Shown here in pieces: positions 13,187 to 25,448 of a DNA stretch of 64,000 nucleotides. The notes under the pieces are model-generated. The model saw only the letters and a list, made by a program, of their open reading frames with translations. It was not told where the DNA came from and made no database searches. Within the stretch, counting starts at the first letter, position 1, and the number at the start of each line of letters is the position of its first letter. Origin of the DNA: Botryllus schlosseri. Its lineage: Eukaryota. The stretch lies in NCBI GenBank assembly GCA_051294905.1, contig CM119375.1, forward strand, positions 25,110,001-25,174,000, in the 5' to 3' direction. The translations under genes were made by a program, and so were the position numbers.

Positions 13187-13808
13187 CTTGTACAAGTACA
13201 AGTGTACATTTACACTGTGCCGTGTCAACTATGAAGGCGACCGTTAGGAGGGACTTCGTCAGTTAAGATCTTGTACTATAGATTAATATGTGAATATGCA
13301 GGTAGTGCTGGTATTGCAGGCTTACCGGTATTCCAGATCACTGCTGGATTATTCCTAGTAAGAATTGGAGCCACTGAGTACACCACCGGTGTGCAAGATT
13401 CAAGAGGCATTTCAATTAAGGATAACCAAACATTTGAATCTAATACAAACACAACACAACACGTCAAGGTCGTTGCAGTTGTAAGTGTCCATAACAACTG
13501 TTGAATCCAATCTCTTGTTACAGATACTATTCATCAGTTACATGTCTGGTAAAACAAGGCGGGCATATGTTTGTTAATGAACGGCACCTCAATGCTACAG
13601 TACTGGAATTATACTTCAACAGAAGTGCACTGTTGTGAACTGCCAATGGCTGACTCCCAGTATATGGCCACAGCATTTGTGGACCATTTGCTCTTACTGA
13701 AGCCATGAAGATGCCCACTCCCTTGAATGGAGAAGCCAACACAATCGTCAGGACACGATACGACCCTGAGATACGGCCTGTCTTTACCATATAAACACTT
13801 ATAGCCTA

Positions 13809-16800
13809 TGTAACCGCGAAAGAGGGGTGGAATCTTCCACGTATACACAATGGATATATAACTGTCCTATCCAACACCCCAAGATGACGCGTTTCTGCCT
13901 GCTTCGTTGGTTTTTATTTTATACAGACGAAAAACGGTTTTCTGAAAGCATTAATACACAGCGAATTAACACAAATTGTTTAGTACCGGATAAATCAATA
14001 TATACTTACTTGACGGTGTTTCCTTGAGGACAGTTACAAATTTCGAATCAGACTATTCATAATAATTATTTTAGGATCTATAAAAATTGCGATATAAATA
14101 CGATTGAATAAGATTGATAGTCGAAATATTAGCATCTGATACAAAGCAGGCAACGAGGGCGAAACTGAACGACAGTGAACTATATAACAGTTACGTCACA
14201 AAGGTCATACAAGGTTTATTGAACCGTGATGTTTATGGCTCTTGAAGTCCGAAATCGCGACTTCATCCTGGCCCTTTAAAAATTGAAAATTTGAATTTAT
14301 GCAAGTTTGGCAATTTTTACACAACTGCTACTTCACAATGAGAACACAAAGAAACGAAAGGTTACAATACTCAAAAAACTGTAACAAATTTCAGCTCTCA
14401 ACAGTCACGAGCTTCACAGAGAAGCACCAATTTGTTTATGGGTCGTTTCAAAATATTCGTTTTGGTAAAGACTCTCACACTTCTCACCAAACCAGACTTG
14501 TCAGGTAGGGTTTCAATCACACGACCTAGCAACCACATGTTACGAGGTAGGTTTTGATCCAACACAAGCACAACATCACCTACAGTGATATTTCTTTTCT
14601 TTTCATTCCATTTTTGGCGAATCTGAAGTAGTGGAAGGTATTGTTTCTTCCACCTTGTCCAAAAAAGATCAGCCAAGTACTGGACTTGTCTCCATCTTTT
14701 TCGGGAGTAAACATCTTTGACATTGAACACACCAGGTGGTAGCATGGGTTTATCTTTCAACAACAACAGACTGTTAGGAGTTATTGGGGTCAGATCATGA
14801 GGATCACTAGACACAGTTGAAATGGGGCGATTATTCATAATTGATTCACATTCGCACATCAATGTTAATAGAGATTCATCAGACAACATTTGTTCATCAC
14901 ACAAAGCACCCAAAATCTTTCGCACTGTTCGAATTTGTCTTTCAAATACACCACCATGATTGGATGCACAAGGGGTCTGAAAGAACCAAGTTATTTGTTT
15001 TTGCACCAAAAAATCTTGTATTTTTGTTTGATTCCAAGTTAAAATGTTTTGCCTCAACTCTTTCTCACCAGATGTGAAGTTGCTGCCATTATCTGACCGT
15101 ATCAAACTGATTTGTCCACGGCGTGCAATGCAGCGACGCAGTGCCATAATGAAAGAATCAGTGTCCAAACTATTCGCAATTTCAATATGGACAGCGCGAG
15201 TGGTTAGGCAAGTGAACAAAACGCCATATCGTTTCAATTCAGATCTACCACGCTTTACCAAAAACGGACCAAAACAGTCAACCGCAACTGCGTGGAACGG
15301 CGGATCATTCGGAGTTAATCTATCAGATGGTAGATCAGACATTTGCTGAGATTCTGGTTTTCGTTGACGTTTCCTACATGAGACACAATTTTTCAGAACG
15401 GATCGTACTTTGGAATTGATTGTGACAATCCAAAATCTTTCTCTGACTTGGGCTATAACATATTCCCGGCCACTGTGGCCACATGAAACATGAGCATCTC
15501 GAATGACCAATTCTGCTATTGGACTCTTTTTTGGGATGATTATCGGATGTTTTGAGTCGTAACCAATAGGAGCATTTTGATTTCTGCCTCCAACCCGCAG
15601 GGTCCCATTATCCAGAAATGGTAGCAATTTGTAGATCGGGCTAGATCTTTTGATTTGTCCATCAGTCTTCAGTCTTTTTATTTCTTCAGAGAAGTGCTTT
15701 ATTTGCTCATGACGTATAAGCATTTCTTCGGCATCTTTAACTTCGGTTAAAGTCAATGCCTCGTTTGTCAGCTTTGCATTTGGTTGTTTGTTTCTCGCTT
15801 TGGCAAGAAGATTATTTCTGAAGCGCAAGACCCATGCCAGCACCCTTTTCAGTCGGGTCCAGCATGAGATCTTGGAGATAAGTTTATCAAGAACAGAATT
15901 TGGAGTGGTAATTGTAAGAAAACACAATTTGTTTGGCTTTTTGATTTCTGGGTCATCACAAGACAACTCCTCTAGAAATGTTGGTTGTTGAGGCCACTCC
16001 GAAGAATCTTTCCACAAGAATTCTGGACCGAATTTCCACATGTCGCAAGTCAAGAATTCAGAAACAGTCTGGCCCCGAGAAGCAATATCAGCAGGGTTTT
16101 GTTTTGAAGGTACATATCTCCAGTCTGATAATTCTGAAGACTCTTTGATCATATTGATTCTGTTCGCAACAAAGGTTTTGAAAGCTTTGTCTTTGTTTGT
16201 GAGATATCGCAAAACAGTTGTGCTGTCAGTCCAGAAGTATGAATCGTCAATAGGCAGGTCCAGCTCTTTTAGCAGAAATTTGTTATTACTGGCAGATATT
16301 GTTGCAGCGTACAACTCCATTCTCGGAATGGTAGAACCTTTGATGGGGGCGAGTCTTGTTTTTCCACAAACAAAAGAACAGTGAATCTCACCTGCATCAT
16401 TCAGATATCTCAGATAAGATACTGCACCATAGCACAACTCAGAGGCATCTGAGAAGTGGTGAAGTTCGATTCTTGTCACCTGTCCAAACTTTGACGGTTT
16501 GAAACATCTTGGAATCGTAAAGTTTTCAAGCATCGGTAGTTGAGATAACCACTCGCACCAAATCTTTCTGGCTTCTTCAGGTAACGGGTCATCCCAATTG
16601 TAGCTATTTTTGCATAAGTGCTGCATCAATACCTTCATTGGTTGCACTATAGTTTGCGCCATTCCCAGCGGATCAAAAATTGAGTTCACGATACTCAGAA
16701 TTCCTCTTCTGGTACAAGGTTTGTGTTTTTCTTTGACGCGGAAGCACCACGAATCATCTTCTATATTCCACGCAAGCCCCAATGTCTTCTCCATCGGTAG

Positions 16801-19800
16801 CTCATCAGTTAACAAGTCAATATTTTTCAGGTTTTTGGCTCTGTTTGATTCTGGTATTGCTGCCAGTACTTCTCTGCAATTGCTTGCCCATTTTGTCAGC
16901 TCAAATCCACCTTTGCTTAGCAGAGAGCTGACATCTTCCACACGACGAATTGCAGCAGGAGTATCCTCACAGGAATCAAGAAAATCATCAACGTAGAAGT
17001 TCCTTTGAACCGCATTTATGACATCAATGTCATAGGCATTTTTGTTATCTTCAGCGACAGTTCGTAGAGCAAAGTTGGCACAGCTAGGGCTGCTCACAGT
17101 CCCAAATAAAAACACAGTCATGCGGTACGTTTCAAGTTGTTGGTTTGGGTCATTATCCTTCCACCACAGAAAGCGTAACAGGTCTCTATCAGATTCATCA
17201 ACCTTAACCTGGTAGAACATTGATCGAATGTCACCTTGGATCGCAACTTCATTTCTGCGAAAGCGCGATAAAACACCAACAAGGTTGTTTGTTAGGTCTG
17301 GCCCCTGTAACAGAAGGTCGTTCAACGCCAGGTTATTGAATTTCGCAGATGCATCAAAAACAACGCGGATAGTCCTCTTTTCAGGGTGATACACACCGTG
17401 ATGGCTCAGGTACCAGGTTTTACCAACTGGCCCATCATTGTGAACCTTCTCGGCATATCCATTTGTGATCATGTCAGACATGAAAACTTTGTATTCATCG
17501 AAGAACTTTGGATCCTTTTGGAATCTTTTCTGCAGATTATTGATTCTTTGTTTTGCTTGATGTTTGTTGTCGGGCAGTGTTAAATCCGGATGTTTCAATG
17601 GTAATTCCATTTGGTAGTGCCCGTTCGAGTCAAGTAGGATTGTCGATGACATCTTTTCCATAAATAGTTTATCATTTACAGAGAGTTCAGTTTTGTCATT
17701 TGCTATGGAATTGACATCATCGTGACACATCCTGCACAAAGGGTTTGGATTGGTTTGAATGAAATAGGAGTGAGGTTTGAAAGGTTCGGATTGTTTTGGG
17801 CATGTAAACATCCATCCGATGGCACTTTTCACTGCGAAGTAATCCTCAGGTCCGTAGATAATTTCCAGAGGCTTATGAATTTTGGGGTTGTTTTTACCAA
17901 TCAGCAGACCGATGTCTCCAGAAAGATCTGAGATTGGAATGTCTTCAAATTGTCGAAATTGATGTACATCACTTTGTGTTGGCCGCAGGTCGTTGTCTAG
18001 AGCGATTTTCTCTGTAGATATCAGTGACTTCAGAGGTACGTATTCTGATCCCTCGTAATCAGAAATCTCTAAACCACGAACAATGGTTGACTTCTTGGTA
18101 TTTTTAGATGGTTCGATTGTTTGGAAAGTTACGTTTCGCTCGGGCCCAGCGAGACCGAGTAGTTTCACGAGTTCTTCAGATATGAATGAACAATTGCTTG
18201 CATTATCAATCAATGCCAAAGTGGCGATGTACTCGTCAGTGCCAACGATCCGTAGTCTTGCCAAGACTACATTCAGAGTAACACATTCATCATCATCATA
18301 TTCATTGTCATCGCAGGAAGCACTGAAGAAAGAGGTAGCTTCTTTTGAATCAGAAATTTTGCCTTGGCCTTCAATTTGTTCATTTGCCGAATCCAAGGTT
18401 TTGTTAGCAACCTCTTTTATCTTTTCTTCAGGTGGGTGAAGAAGTGTTGTATGATTGCCTATGCAACCAGGCCTTATACAAGCTTGAATGCGTTTGCATG
18501 CTTTTCCGAAGTGTCCCGACTTTAGACACTTGAAGCAGAGCCCTTTGGTTTTGACGAATTCAACGCGATCAGGATACTGCATTTTGCGGAACTGGACACA
18601 TTGATTCAAGAAATGCTTTTCGTTGCACATGAAACAAAGTTCCAATGTTGGAGTCACAACTTGTGTGCTGAATGATGCCTTGGGCTTGCCAGTTTTGAAT
18701 ACACCCGTCACTTGCTTCTCGGATATTTCATGATTAGGGTTGGTATATTTACTAGTGATTTCTCTAATTTTCTGGCGAACATAGTCATTTACATGTTCAA
18801 CAGTCAGTTCGGTTTTCAGGTCAAAAGTGACCTCCGCCACTAAGGTTCTCCAACCAGGCTGCCAGGAAGGGGGAAGTCTCTCGGCAATTTGTTCAACCAT
18901 AGAGCGTGAAACATCACGAATTCTTCCAAATTTGGTCAACTTATTGGTACAAGCAGTTAACGATGCATGAAATAACAGCAGAGAATCGTTGTCACCTTCT
19001 ACAAGTTTCGAGCCATTTATAACAGTGTTTATGTAGCGGTCACTTATTTGGAACGGTTGGCCAAAATTGTCTCTCAATACCGCAAGAGCTTCATCAAAGC
19101 AGTTTTCCATATCTTCACAAGCTTTAACAAAAGTATTGGCAATACCACGGGTATATTGCAAAAGATGCATCAACTTCTGCTTTTGCGACCATGGTTGACG
19201 ATTCAAAGTAGCATTTATCATTTCCTTGAATGTATCAAATTCAATTGGGTCGCCACTAAAACATTTTGGTTCCAACTTTAATGGAACAATTTGATCACTG
19301 GGTTTAACCTGGTGAATGACATACGGATTCTCACATTGAATCAAGTTTGTCGGTTGGTTAGGCTTTACATTGAGATCAGAGTTTGCAGTTGTTTGAACTG
19401 CGCAGCCTGCTGTTGCTGCTTGATTTGAATTAGCTGGCACAAAGGGTTGTACGCTACCAGATGCAAAGGAACTAGGCAAATTAGGAGTTATTTGTGTATC
19501 AATCATGGGAGGCGCTACAATAAAGCGACTATTTTTGGCATCAATTACAGGCGATTGATTTTTGGGTGCAATGCATGCGTTCAAACGAGCAGTCACACAG
19601 TTACTGTTAGATCTTTCACGCACACAAACATTCTCATTCATAGCATTAGACATTTGGCGAGAACTGTGAGACATGATATTAAAAGGAATAGCCACACCTG
19701 CGTATGAAGTATTCGGAGATATCGGTGGAGTTACATTTGGAGCAACACTTGTAGACGCTTCAGCAATTGAAGTTATTACATTGTTCGTAGGTTGAATAGT

Positions 19801-21129
19801 AGCACTTGCTTGCTGTAGTTGTTCTGGAACATTGCTTACTTGAGGAGCCAGGCTCCTGTTTTCAGATGGCTGCAGTTCTTCCGCTGTCAGTTGAGGTGAA
19901 CTTTGCGTTGATACACCACGTCTAGTGAGTTCTAGTTCTAGTTCACATGTATTTTGCAAATGTTCTCGTCTTACACGGCGAGCTGTTTCGTCAGCATTTT
20001 GCTGCATCCTTTGTTTAATCATTTCACATTGTTGATTTTGCCGTCTTTGTAGTTCTTGTTCTTCTTCCTCCAACTTCCTCTGCTCTTCCTCCAACTTCCT
20101 CTGTTCTTCCTCCAACTTCCTCTTTTCTTCATCTAGTTTCTTTCGTAGATCTTCTGCTAACTTCTTTTTTTTGTCTTGTAGATTGGCTCGGGCCAACGCA
20201 GTTTGATTTATAATTGATTGTATTTCAGTGTTCATTGAAGCCTGGATATCTTCAATATCCTGTTTTGCTCGTGCAGAGCTTATTTCTTGCAGTTTCCGGT
20301 GATAATTTACGACATTTTCAACATTCATTTCACTATAGCGAGATTTAGTTGAATGACTTGATGTAGAAGTACCGGTACCTGTTGATGACCGATGACTTGA
20401 ACTTGATTTGCTTGAACTTTTCGCTTTCAAGTATTTGTGCTCTAAAGCCTTTGACATGGATCTCGTTTGAACTGATGATTTTGATCTGGCACCATGAGAC
20501 CTTGAAGACTTTGGTTTGTCTTTTGTTTTGGTGACTTTGTTGTCTTCTTCGCATCTCGGCGTCACATCCAGATCAGGATCTTTGGTTTGGTTGTTGAAAT
20601 CCATGACAATGACAGTTGAGTTTTTCTTTGTTGATTGGTGCACTTGTTGAGTGGAATCGTCAAAAAACTTTATGTAACCGCGAAAGAGGGGTGGAATCTT
20701 CCACGTATACACAATGGATATATAACTGTCCTATCCAACACCCCAAGATGACGCGTTTCTGCCTGCTTCGTTGGTTTTTATTTTATACAGACGAAAAACG
20801 GTTTTCTGAAAGCATTAATACACAGCGAATTAACACAAATTGTTTAGTACCGGATAAATCAATATATACTTACTTGACGGTGTTTCCTTGAGGACAGTTA
20901 CAAATTTCGAATCAGACTATTCATAATAATTATTTTAGGATCTATAAAAATTGCGATATAAATACGATTGAATAAGATTGATAGTCGAAATATTAGCATC
21001 TGATACAAAGCAGGCAACGAGGGCGAAACTGAACGACAGTGAACTATATAACAGTTACGTCACAAAGGTCATACAAGGTTTATTGAACCGTGATGTTTAT
21101 GGCTCTTGAAGTCCGAAATCGCGACTTCA
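13809..21129 (-). mobile_element. Full-length BEL/Pao LTR retrotransposon
   Basis: 457-bp LTRs at 13809-14265 and 20673-21129 (TG...CA, no differences seen by eye), 5-bp TSD GCCTA, purine-rich PPT AAAGGGCCAGGA next to the 3' LTR, and one uninterrupted ORF. Confidence 0.98.
14398..20604 (-). CDS. BEL/Pao gag-pol polyprotein; start taken at the first ATG outside the LTR
   Basis: Gag with three Cys-His knuckles (CFMCNEKHFLNQC, CFKCLKSGHFGKAC, CIRPGCIGNHTTLLH), protease ALIDNAS, RT NFYVDD, RNase H-like FSDAS/WTDS, integrase HxxCGH..CxxC with VDCFGP, SDNGSNF and GGVFER. The frame is open back to 20712. Confidence 0.95.
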   Translation of the reverse strand: MDFNNQTKDPDLDVTPRCEEDNKVTKTKDKPKSSRSHGARSKSSVQTRSMSKALEHKYLKAKSSSKSSSSHRSSTGTGTSTSSHSTKSRYSEMNVENVVNYHRKLQEISSARAKQDIEDIQASMNTEIQSIINQTALARANLQDKKKKLAEDLRKKLDEEKRKLEEEQRKLEEEQRKLEEEEQELQRRQNQQCEMIKQRMQQNADETARRVRREHLQNTCELELELTRRGVSTQSSPQLTAEELQPSENRSLAPQVSNVPEQLQQASATIQPTNNVITSIAEASTSVAPNVTPPISPNTSYAGVAIPFNIMSHSSRQMSNAMNENVCVRERSNSNCVTARLNACIAPKNQSPVIDAKNSRFIVAPPMIDTQITPNLPSSFASGSVQPFVPANSNQAATAGCAVQTTANSDLNVKPNQPTNLIQCENPYVIHQVKPSDQIVPLKLEPKCFSGDPIEFDTFKEMINATLNRQPWSQKQKLMHLLQYTRGIANTFVKACEDMENCFDEALAVLRDNFGQPFQISDRYINTVINGSKLVEGDNDSLLLFHASLTACTNKLTKFGRIRDVSRSMVEQIAERLPPSWQPGWRTLVAEVTFDLKTELTVEHVNDYVRQKIREITSKYTNPNHEISEKQVTGVFKTGKPKASFSTQVVTPTLELCFMCNEKHFLNQCVQFRKMQYPDRVEFVKTKGLCFKCLKSGHFGKACKRIQACIRPGCIGNHTTLLHPPEEKIKEVANKTLDSANEQIEGQGKISDSKEATSFFSASCDDNEYDDDECVTLNVVLARLRIVGTDEYIATLALIDNASNCSFISEELVKLLGLAGPERNVTFQTIEPSKNTKKSTIVRGLEISDYEGSEYVPLKSLISTEKIALDNDLRPTQSDVHQFRQFEDIPISDLSGDIGLLIGKNNPKIHKPLEIIYGPEDYFAVKSAIGWMFTCPKQSEPFKPHSYFIQTNPNPLCRMCHDDVNSIANDKTELSVNDKLFMEKMSSTILLDSNGHYQMELPLKHPDLTLPDNKHQAKQRINNLQKRFQKDPKFFDEYKVFMSDMITNGYAEKVHNDGPVGKTWYLSHHGVYHPEKRTIRVVFDASAKFNNLALNDLLLQGPDLTNNLVGVLSRFRRNEVAIQGDIRSMFYQVKVDESDRDLLRFLWWKDNDPNQQLETYRMTVFLFGTVSSPSCANFALRTVAEDNKNAYDIDVINAVQRNFYVDDFLDSCEDTPAAIRRVEDVSSLLSKGGFELTKWASNCREVLAAIPESNRAKNLKNIDLLTDELPMEKTLGLAWNIEDDSWCFRVKEKHKPCTRRGILSIVNSIFDPLGMAQTIVQPMKVLMQHLCKNSYNWDDPLPEEARKIWCEWLSQLPMLENFTIPRCFKPSKFGQVTRIELHHFSDASELCYGAVSYLRYLNDAGEIHCSFVCGKTRLAPIKGSTIPRMELYAATISASNNKFLLKELDLPIDDSYFWTDSTTVLRYLTNKDKAFKTFVANRINMIKESSELSDWRYVPSKQNPADIASRGQTVSEFLTCDMWKFGPEFLWKDSSEWPQQPTFLEELSCDDPEIKKPNKLCFLTITTPNSVLDKLISKISCWTRLKRVLAWVLRFRNNLLAKARNKQPNAKLTNEALTLTEVKDAEEMLIRHEQIKHFSEEIKRLKTDGQIKRSSPIYKLLPFLDNGTLRVGGRNQNAPIGYDSKHPIIIPKKSPIAELVIRDAHVSCGHSGREYVIAQVRERFWIVTINSKVRSVLKNCVSCRKRQRKPESQQMSDLPSDRLTPNDPPFHAVAVDCFGPFLVKRGRSELKRYGVLFTCLTTRAVHIEIANSLDTDSFIMALRRCIARRGQISLIRSDNGSNFTSGEKELRQNILTWNQTKIQDFLVQKQITWFFQTPCASNHGGVFERQIRTVRKILGALCDEQMLSDESLLTLMCECESIMNNRPISTVSSDPHDLTPITPNSLLLLKDKPMLPPGVFNVKDVYSRKRWRQVQYLADLFWTRWKKQYLPLLQIRQKWNEKKRNITVGDVVLVLDQNLPRNMWLLGRVIETLPDKSGLVRSVRVFTKTNILKRPINKLVLLCEARDC

Positions 21130-24100
21130 GCCTATAGGCTATAGGCCTGTACGATGGAGGAAGAGAAAACTCTGAAGATTGCTTTCAATTTGCAAGGTTT
21201 AGTCAAATCGTCGCAATAACGCATAGACCTCTCCTCAGTCGGCCCAAGGTAAGTTTGGCTGATTCTAGTGATACGCTATTAAATGAGCGATTTACATTAA
21301 TCCTGATGTGGTTAAAGTAGTCTGCATTGCTACTCAAGTAACAGTCGTATTCCCGGGCGTACTGGTATTTAAACTTCCTCAAGTAGCTGTAGAAAGTGAA
21401 ATGCCTTCAAGGTACTTAAGTTTGGAGATGGCTGCTTCAAAATTACAAGATGTATCTTCGAAAATAGGCAACACCTACTTGAGTACTGCAATGAAGTAGA
21501 AGTTCTTCATTACTGACCAACTCTGCATACATCTATATATATTCTTAATGTTAATTTGTGTCTTTAAATACATCATTTGTTCATTTTTGTTGCAGATTCC
21601 GGAAAAACAAACGCGATGTTCCAGCATTTGCATCACGTCAACAGTGGATATCCTGATATATTATACTGGGCACATTCCATTGAAATCTTGGCAAAGATGG
21701 CCACGATCTGAATATTTGGATCTCGTGCCTCCTCACCGAGATAATTTTTTGACATGGAATTATCTATCGCTCTATCGGAAAATCTGCAAGACAATGATAC
21801 TGAATATTTCTTAACTGATAAATGAAATGAAATGCTTCAGGAGGCCCATTCGTGATGTACCGTTAAGCCATGGTGGTAATTTCTTCACTGCGGTCATGAA
21901 ACTATTTCTCGGTGAACAAAATATCAGCTGAATTCAACAACTGGGTCTACCGAATGCTTCTTAAATTAATAATGATATGTAGGCCTACCAAACTGCTACC
22001 TGGCTAAATTTGAACCTGAAGAGAAGTATCAATGGTGTGCTGATTTCTTGATCAACTTTCATTGAGTGACATAGAAGCTGACAATGCTGCTATCACAATT
22101 TCGAGTCCTTACAGGCCGTGCTATCTTTTCGTTATTGTAAATGCTCCATGGTAGGGGTCCATTTAAAACAAACGGTGTTTGAAACACTATGTTTAAAACA
22201 TGCTTTAAACAGTGTGTTAAACAAAGGCCTTTTGAAAAAATTTCTTTTTAAGTTGTAAAATTATGCCATAATTGTGTAAATACTTTCAAAAATACGTGTT
22301 GTATGAGCCTACGGACGATTACCACCCGATATAGCCGCCTAATATCGATATGGGATGGCTGGAACCCTTAAAATAGTCGGTTCAACAGCAATAGCACAGA
22401 TATTTCGTCAAAGGAGCTATATTTACACTATATTTTCAATTGTCAATGTCAATCCAATATGACGTCAGTCACGTCACTATTGAATATTCTTGACGTCATG
22501 GCTTAAAAAAAGGATGTTTTATACAAGGGCCTGGTTTTAAACATGCTTGTTTTAAATGCAGCCCTGTACTCCATGGTGATTGTCGATTAACGCGAATTGA
22601 AACGGTTAATTTAGTCAATCCTATTAACCCCCCCCCCCCTTTCCAGCTGCAAGGTTTCCGACAATGGCTAGTAAATAGGTAGAAGACGCTGATATTATTC
22701 GTTATTCACCCTGTTATTTATGGCCTGATGCAGGGATGGTGTGAACGTGAGGTTCACGTTCGCGTTCTGTGTGTGAACCTCGGAAAATTTGAGGTTCGCG
22801 TTCACAACAGAACCTTGGTAGGTTCTGCACTGTGAACCTTTTTCATATATTGCAATTTTCACTTCATTATAATATCTTTGCTTCAAATTTATTGACTTTC
22901 AACTGCGGGCCACTCTATGCATGGAGCTGACAGCATAAACATTCAACACTAAACGAAAATGCCCTTGACAATCTCAAAAAATATTGTTACAAAAGTTTGC
23001 TCGAAATATCCAGCTTTCCGTTTGTACATAAATTTTGTCAGCGAATGATCCTAATTCAACCAATCAATGAGATTGATATCGTCTTCTGATGTAAAAATCT
23101 AGCAGGCGTACGGGGTCAATCTTGACTACATATGTATACTCTATCATAAAAACTAAATCCGTGGGACTGGGATGTTGGCTATACTGCTGTATAACTTGTT
23201 AATGGGGTAATATCGGTAGCAAGAATAGAAACCCATTTTACACTCTGCGTAATATACACGTGGCAATACTCAGACGCCGAATACATTGTCAGATCAGGTC
23301 GAAATTTATGGCAAAGCGACGCAAGATTCTGATTTTATGGGATTATTATATCATTTGATTGCCTCAGTTGATACATTTGGCGACGTTTAAAACGTCAATA
23401 TGTATACTTAAGTACTGAGCTATTATGTGGCCCCGAGTCGTCGCTCGGTATCGTGTACAGTAGGTTAATATAGGCAATCACCTAAGTGAAATATGGGGTT
23501 TAAATTAGCAATATGACGTCACGTGACGTCATAAGGTTCACGTTCGTGTTCACACAGAACCTTTCAAAAAGGTTCACGTTCACACGAACCTGAACCTTTC
23601 AGAGGTTAACACCATCCCTAGATATGATGTGTAGAAATTAAACACATTCATGATTTACTGAAATTCAGAGTTGTCATAGTTTACTTGGTTGGCTATACAG
23701 CAGTGTCATGCTTTACTAAGTTGGCTATACAGCAGTAAGGTTGTGATAAGGGAAGAATGTCTAGCTTACTCACTAACTATTCCGCAAAAGGTTGAGGATC
23801 GTTATTCTAGAAACAGCTGTATCGCTAGCTTGCAGAAAAGTGGATATTTCAAGGCAGATTGCAGGTAACTTTCTGGACCTACTTAGGTAAAGGCCAGAAT
23901 GAAGTCAGCCATCCCGGAGTTCTATATATCCCTGGAGTCATTACACATTTTGACTCGAATCAAGTCATGTCACTCGACTTTTGGAGGTGACTCGAGTCAT
24001 GCCATTGCATTTCGCACGATAATTGAAGTAATATAGTCGCTAATAATTACCGAATATCGAGTTAATTATACCTTTAACGGAGTGTTCTATGACTCAGGTA

Positions 24101-24307
24101 GGCACAGAACTGCTAAACTATACGTCGGTAACTGTCAACCAAATAGAACATGGAATATTAAACTTTAAACTTCGCAAAAAAGGATAAAGAACGCACATAG
24201 TGTCCTAATGGCGTAATCAAAGCGTAGTCAGAATATCTCACGACAAAACTGCACGATGTCGACTTCATAGCGAGTGATAGGATATCAGTCAGGTTTTTGG
24301 TTAGTTT

Positions 24308-24726
24308 CTACGAAGAATTTTCTAGGTCCTGCAGCAACTTCTTCAGCTGTGATTCCTCGTCGTTTTCCTCCTCGATCCTTTTGTGCAGGATCTCCGAGAT
24401 TTCCTTCTTCACGTTCTGATCGGTCTCAGGAGTGGGAGGATTCATTCGTTGCACGATTTGATCAATTTGCGCGGGTTCTATCTCGATATTGATCGGGTTG
24501 CCGTCCGGGTCAAACATCTCGTAGACGACACCACTTGTATTTGGATCTGGGAGAGTGGGCTCGTCTCCATGGGCGACCGGGTTGTGATGAAGTATCTCAA
24601 TCTCGAGCGGATTGCCATGACGATCCTCTATGCTGATGACGTTAGAGGTGGATGGTGACGTGGTTGTAGTGGTCGCGGGGACGTGATCGTGTAGCGGATG
24701 TTCGACGACAATGAATTCTCCGGAAC
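24308..24726 (-). CDS. EF-hand gene, probable terminal coding exon
   Basis: AAG acceptor whose phase 1 matches the upstream donor. Open 139 codons to TAG: GSGEFIVVEH...EDRHGNPLEIEI...FDPDGNPINIEI...acidic tail. Confidence 0.6.
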
Positions 24727-25448
24727 CTTTTGCATTAAATATATGTCTGCATTAAATGTAAGTATGTGTATATGCGCTCGGCCCGCATCATTCGTTTTTG
24801 ATTACCGTATGCTTATTGCCAGATATAATGATATGGGAATGTATTGTTAACATGAATATTCATATTCTACGCTTCGAAGAACTTGTATATACTCATGATA
24901 ATAAAACAATGATAAGTATATTATAACTAAAAGATATTACTATATTTATGTGATGACAAAATATTATTAGTAGCCTATTATATAGTAATAATATAATGAA
25001 TAATAGAGATTAGTTGCCTAGCTATTACCAAATTAGTGAAAAAGCATTCTAGGTCTAGTTTTTTTCTGAACACTGAAAGGTAGAGATAAACTGAAGATTG
25101 GAAGTAGAGATAATCTGAAATCACTTTAACTTGAGTAAGTGATGGTCCATGCAAAGCCATATCCCAAAACTATTTTTAACCTTGCAAAATCGAGAGCGCT
25201 AAGTGTAAGTAGTTTAGTAACGAAACTATATATAGTATATAGAGGTAGAAAGGCGGAATATCTATCAACAATAAGTGGGCAAAAAGTAGGTCTTGTAAAC
25301 ACCGTAGACTGCCGCAGCTCAAGCTGCGGCCCGTGTAAAATTAGGGCCTTTGAAATATACAAGCATATTCTTGATAAATTTGAGTGTGAATTATTATTAA
25401 TTAAAAATATTTATATTTTAATGAATAAAGATAACAATGACATGTCAC

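Noticed and set aside
12769-13247. Repetitive ORFs (DTALYPQG, AVSPCGYK, IQLYIHRV, DIKLYQLYHPV) as a repeat protein
   Set aside because: Unit lengths of 9 and 24 bp keep four frames open on both strands. The array also occurs inverted, so the ORFs are a by-product.
14841-19707. Plus-strand ORFs within the BEL element
   Set aside because: They are antisense shadows of the long pol ORF with no motifs.
20605-20712. Polyprotein start at 20712
   Set aside because: This start lies within the 5' LTR. The first ATG in the internal region (20604) is more plausible.
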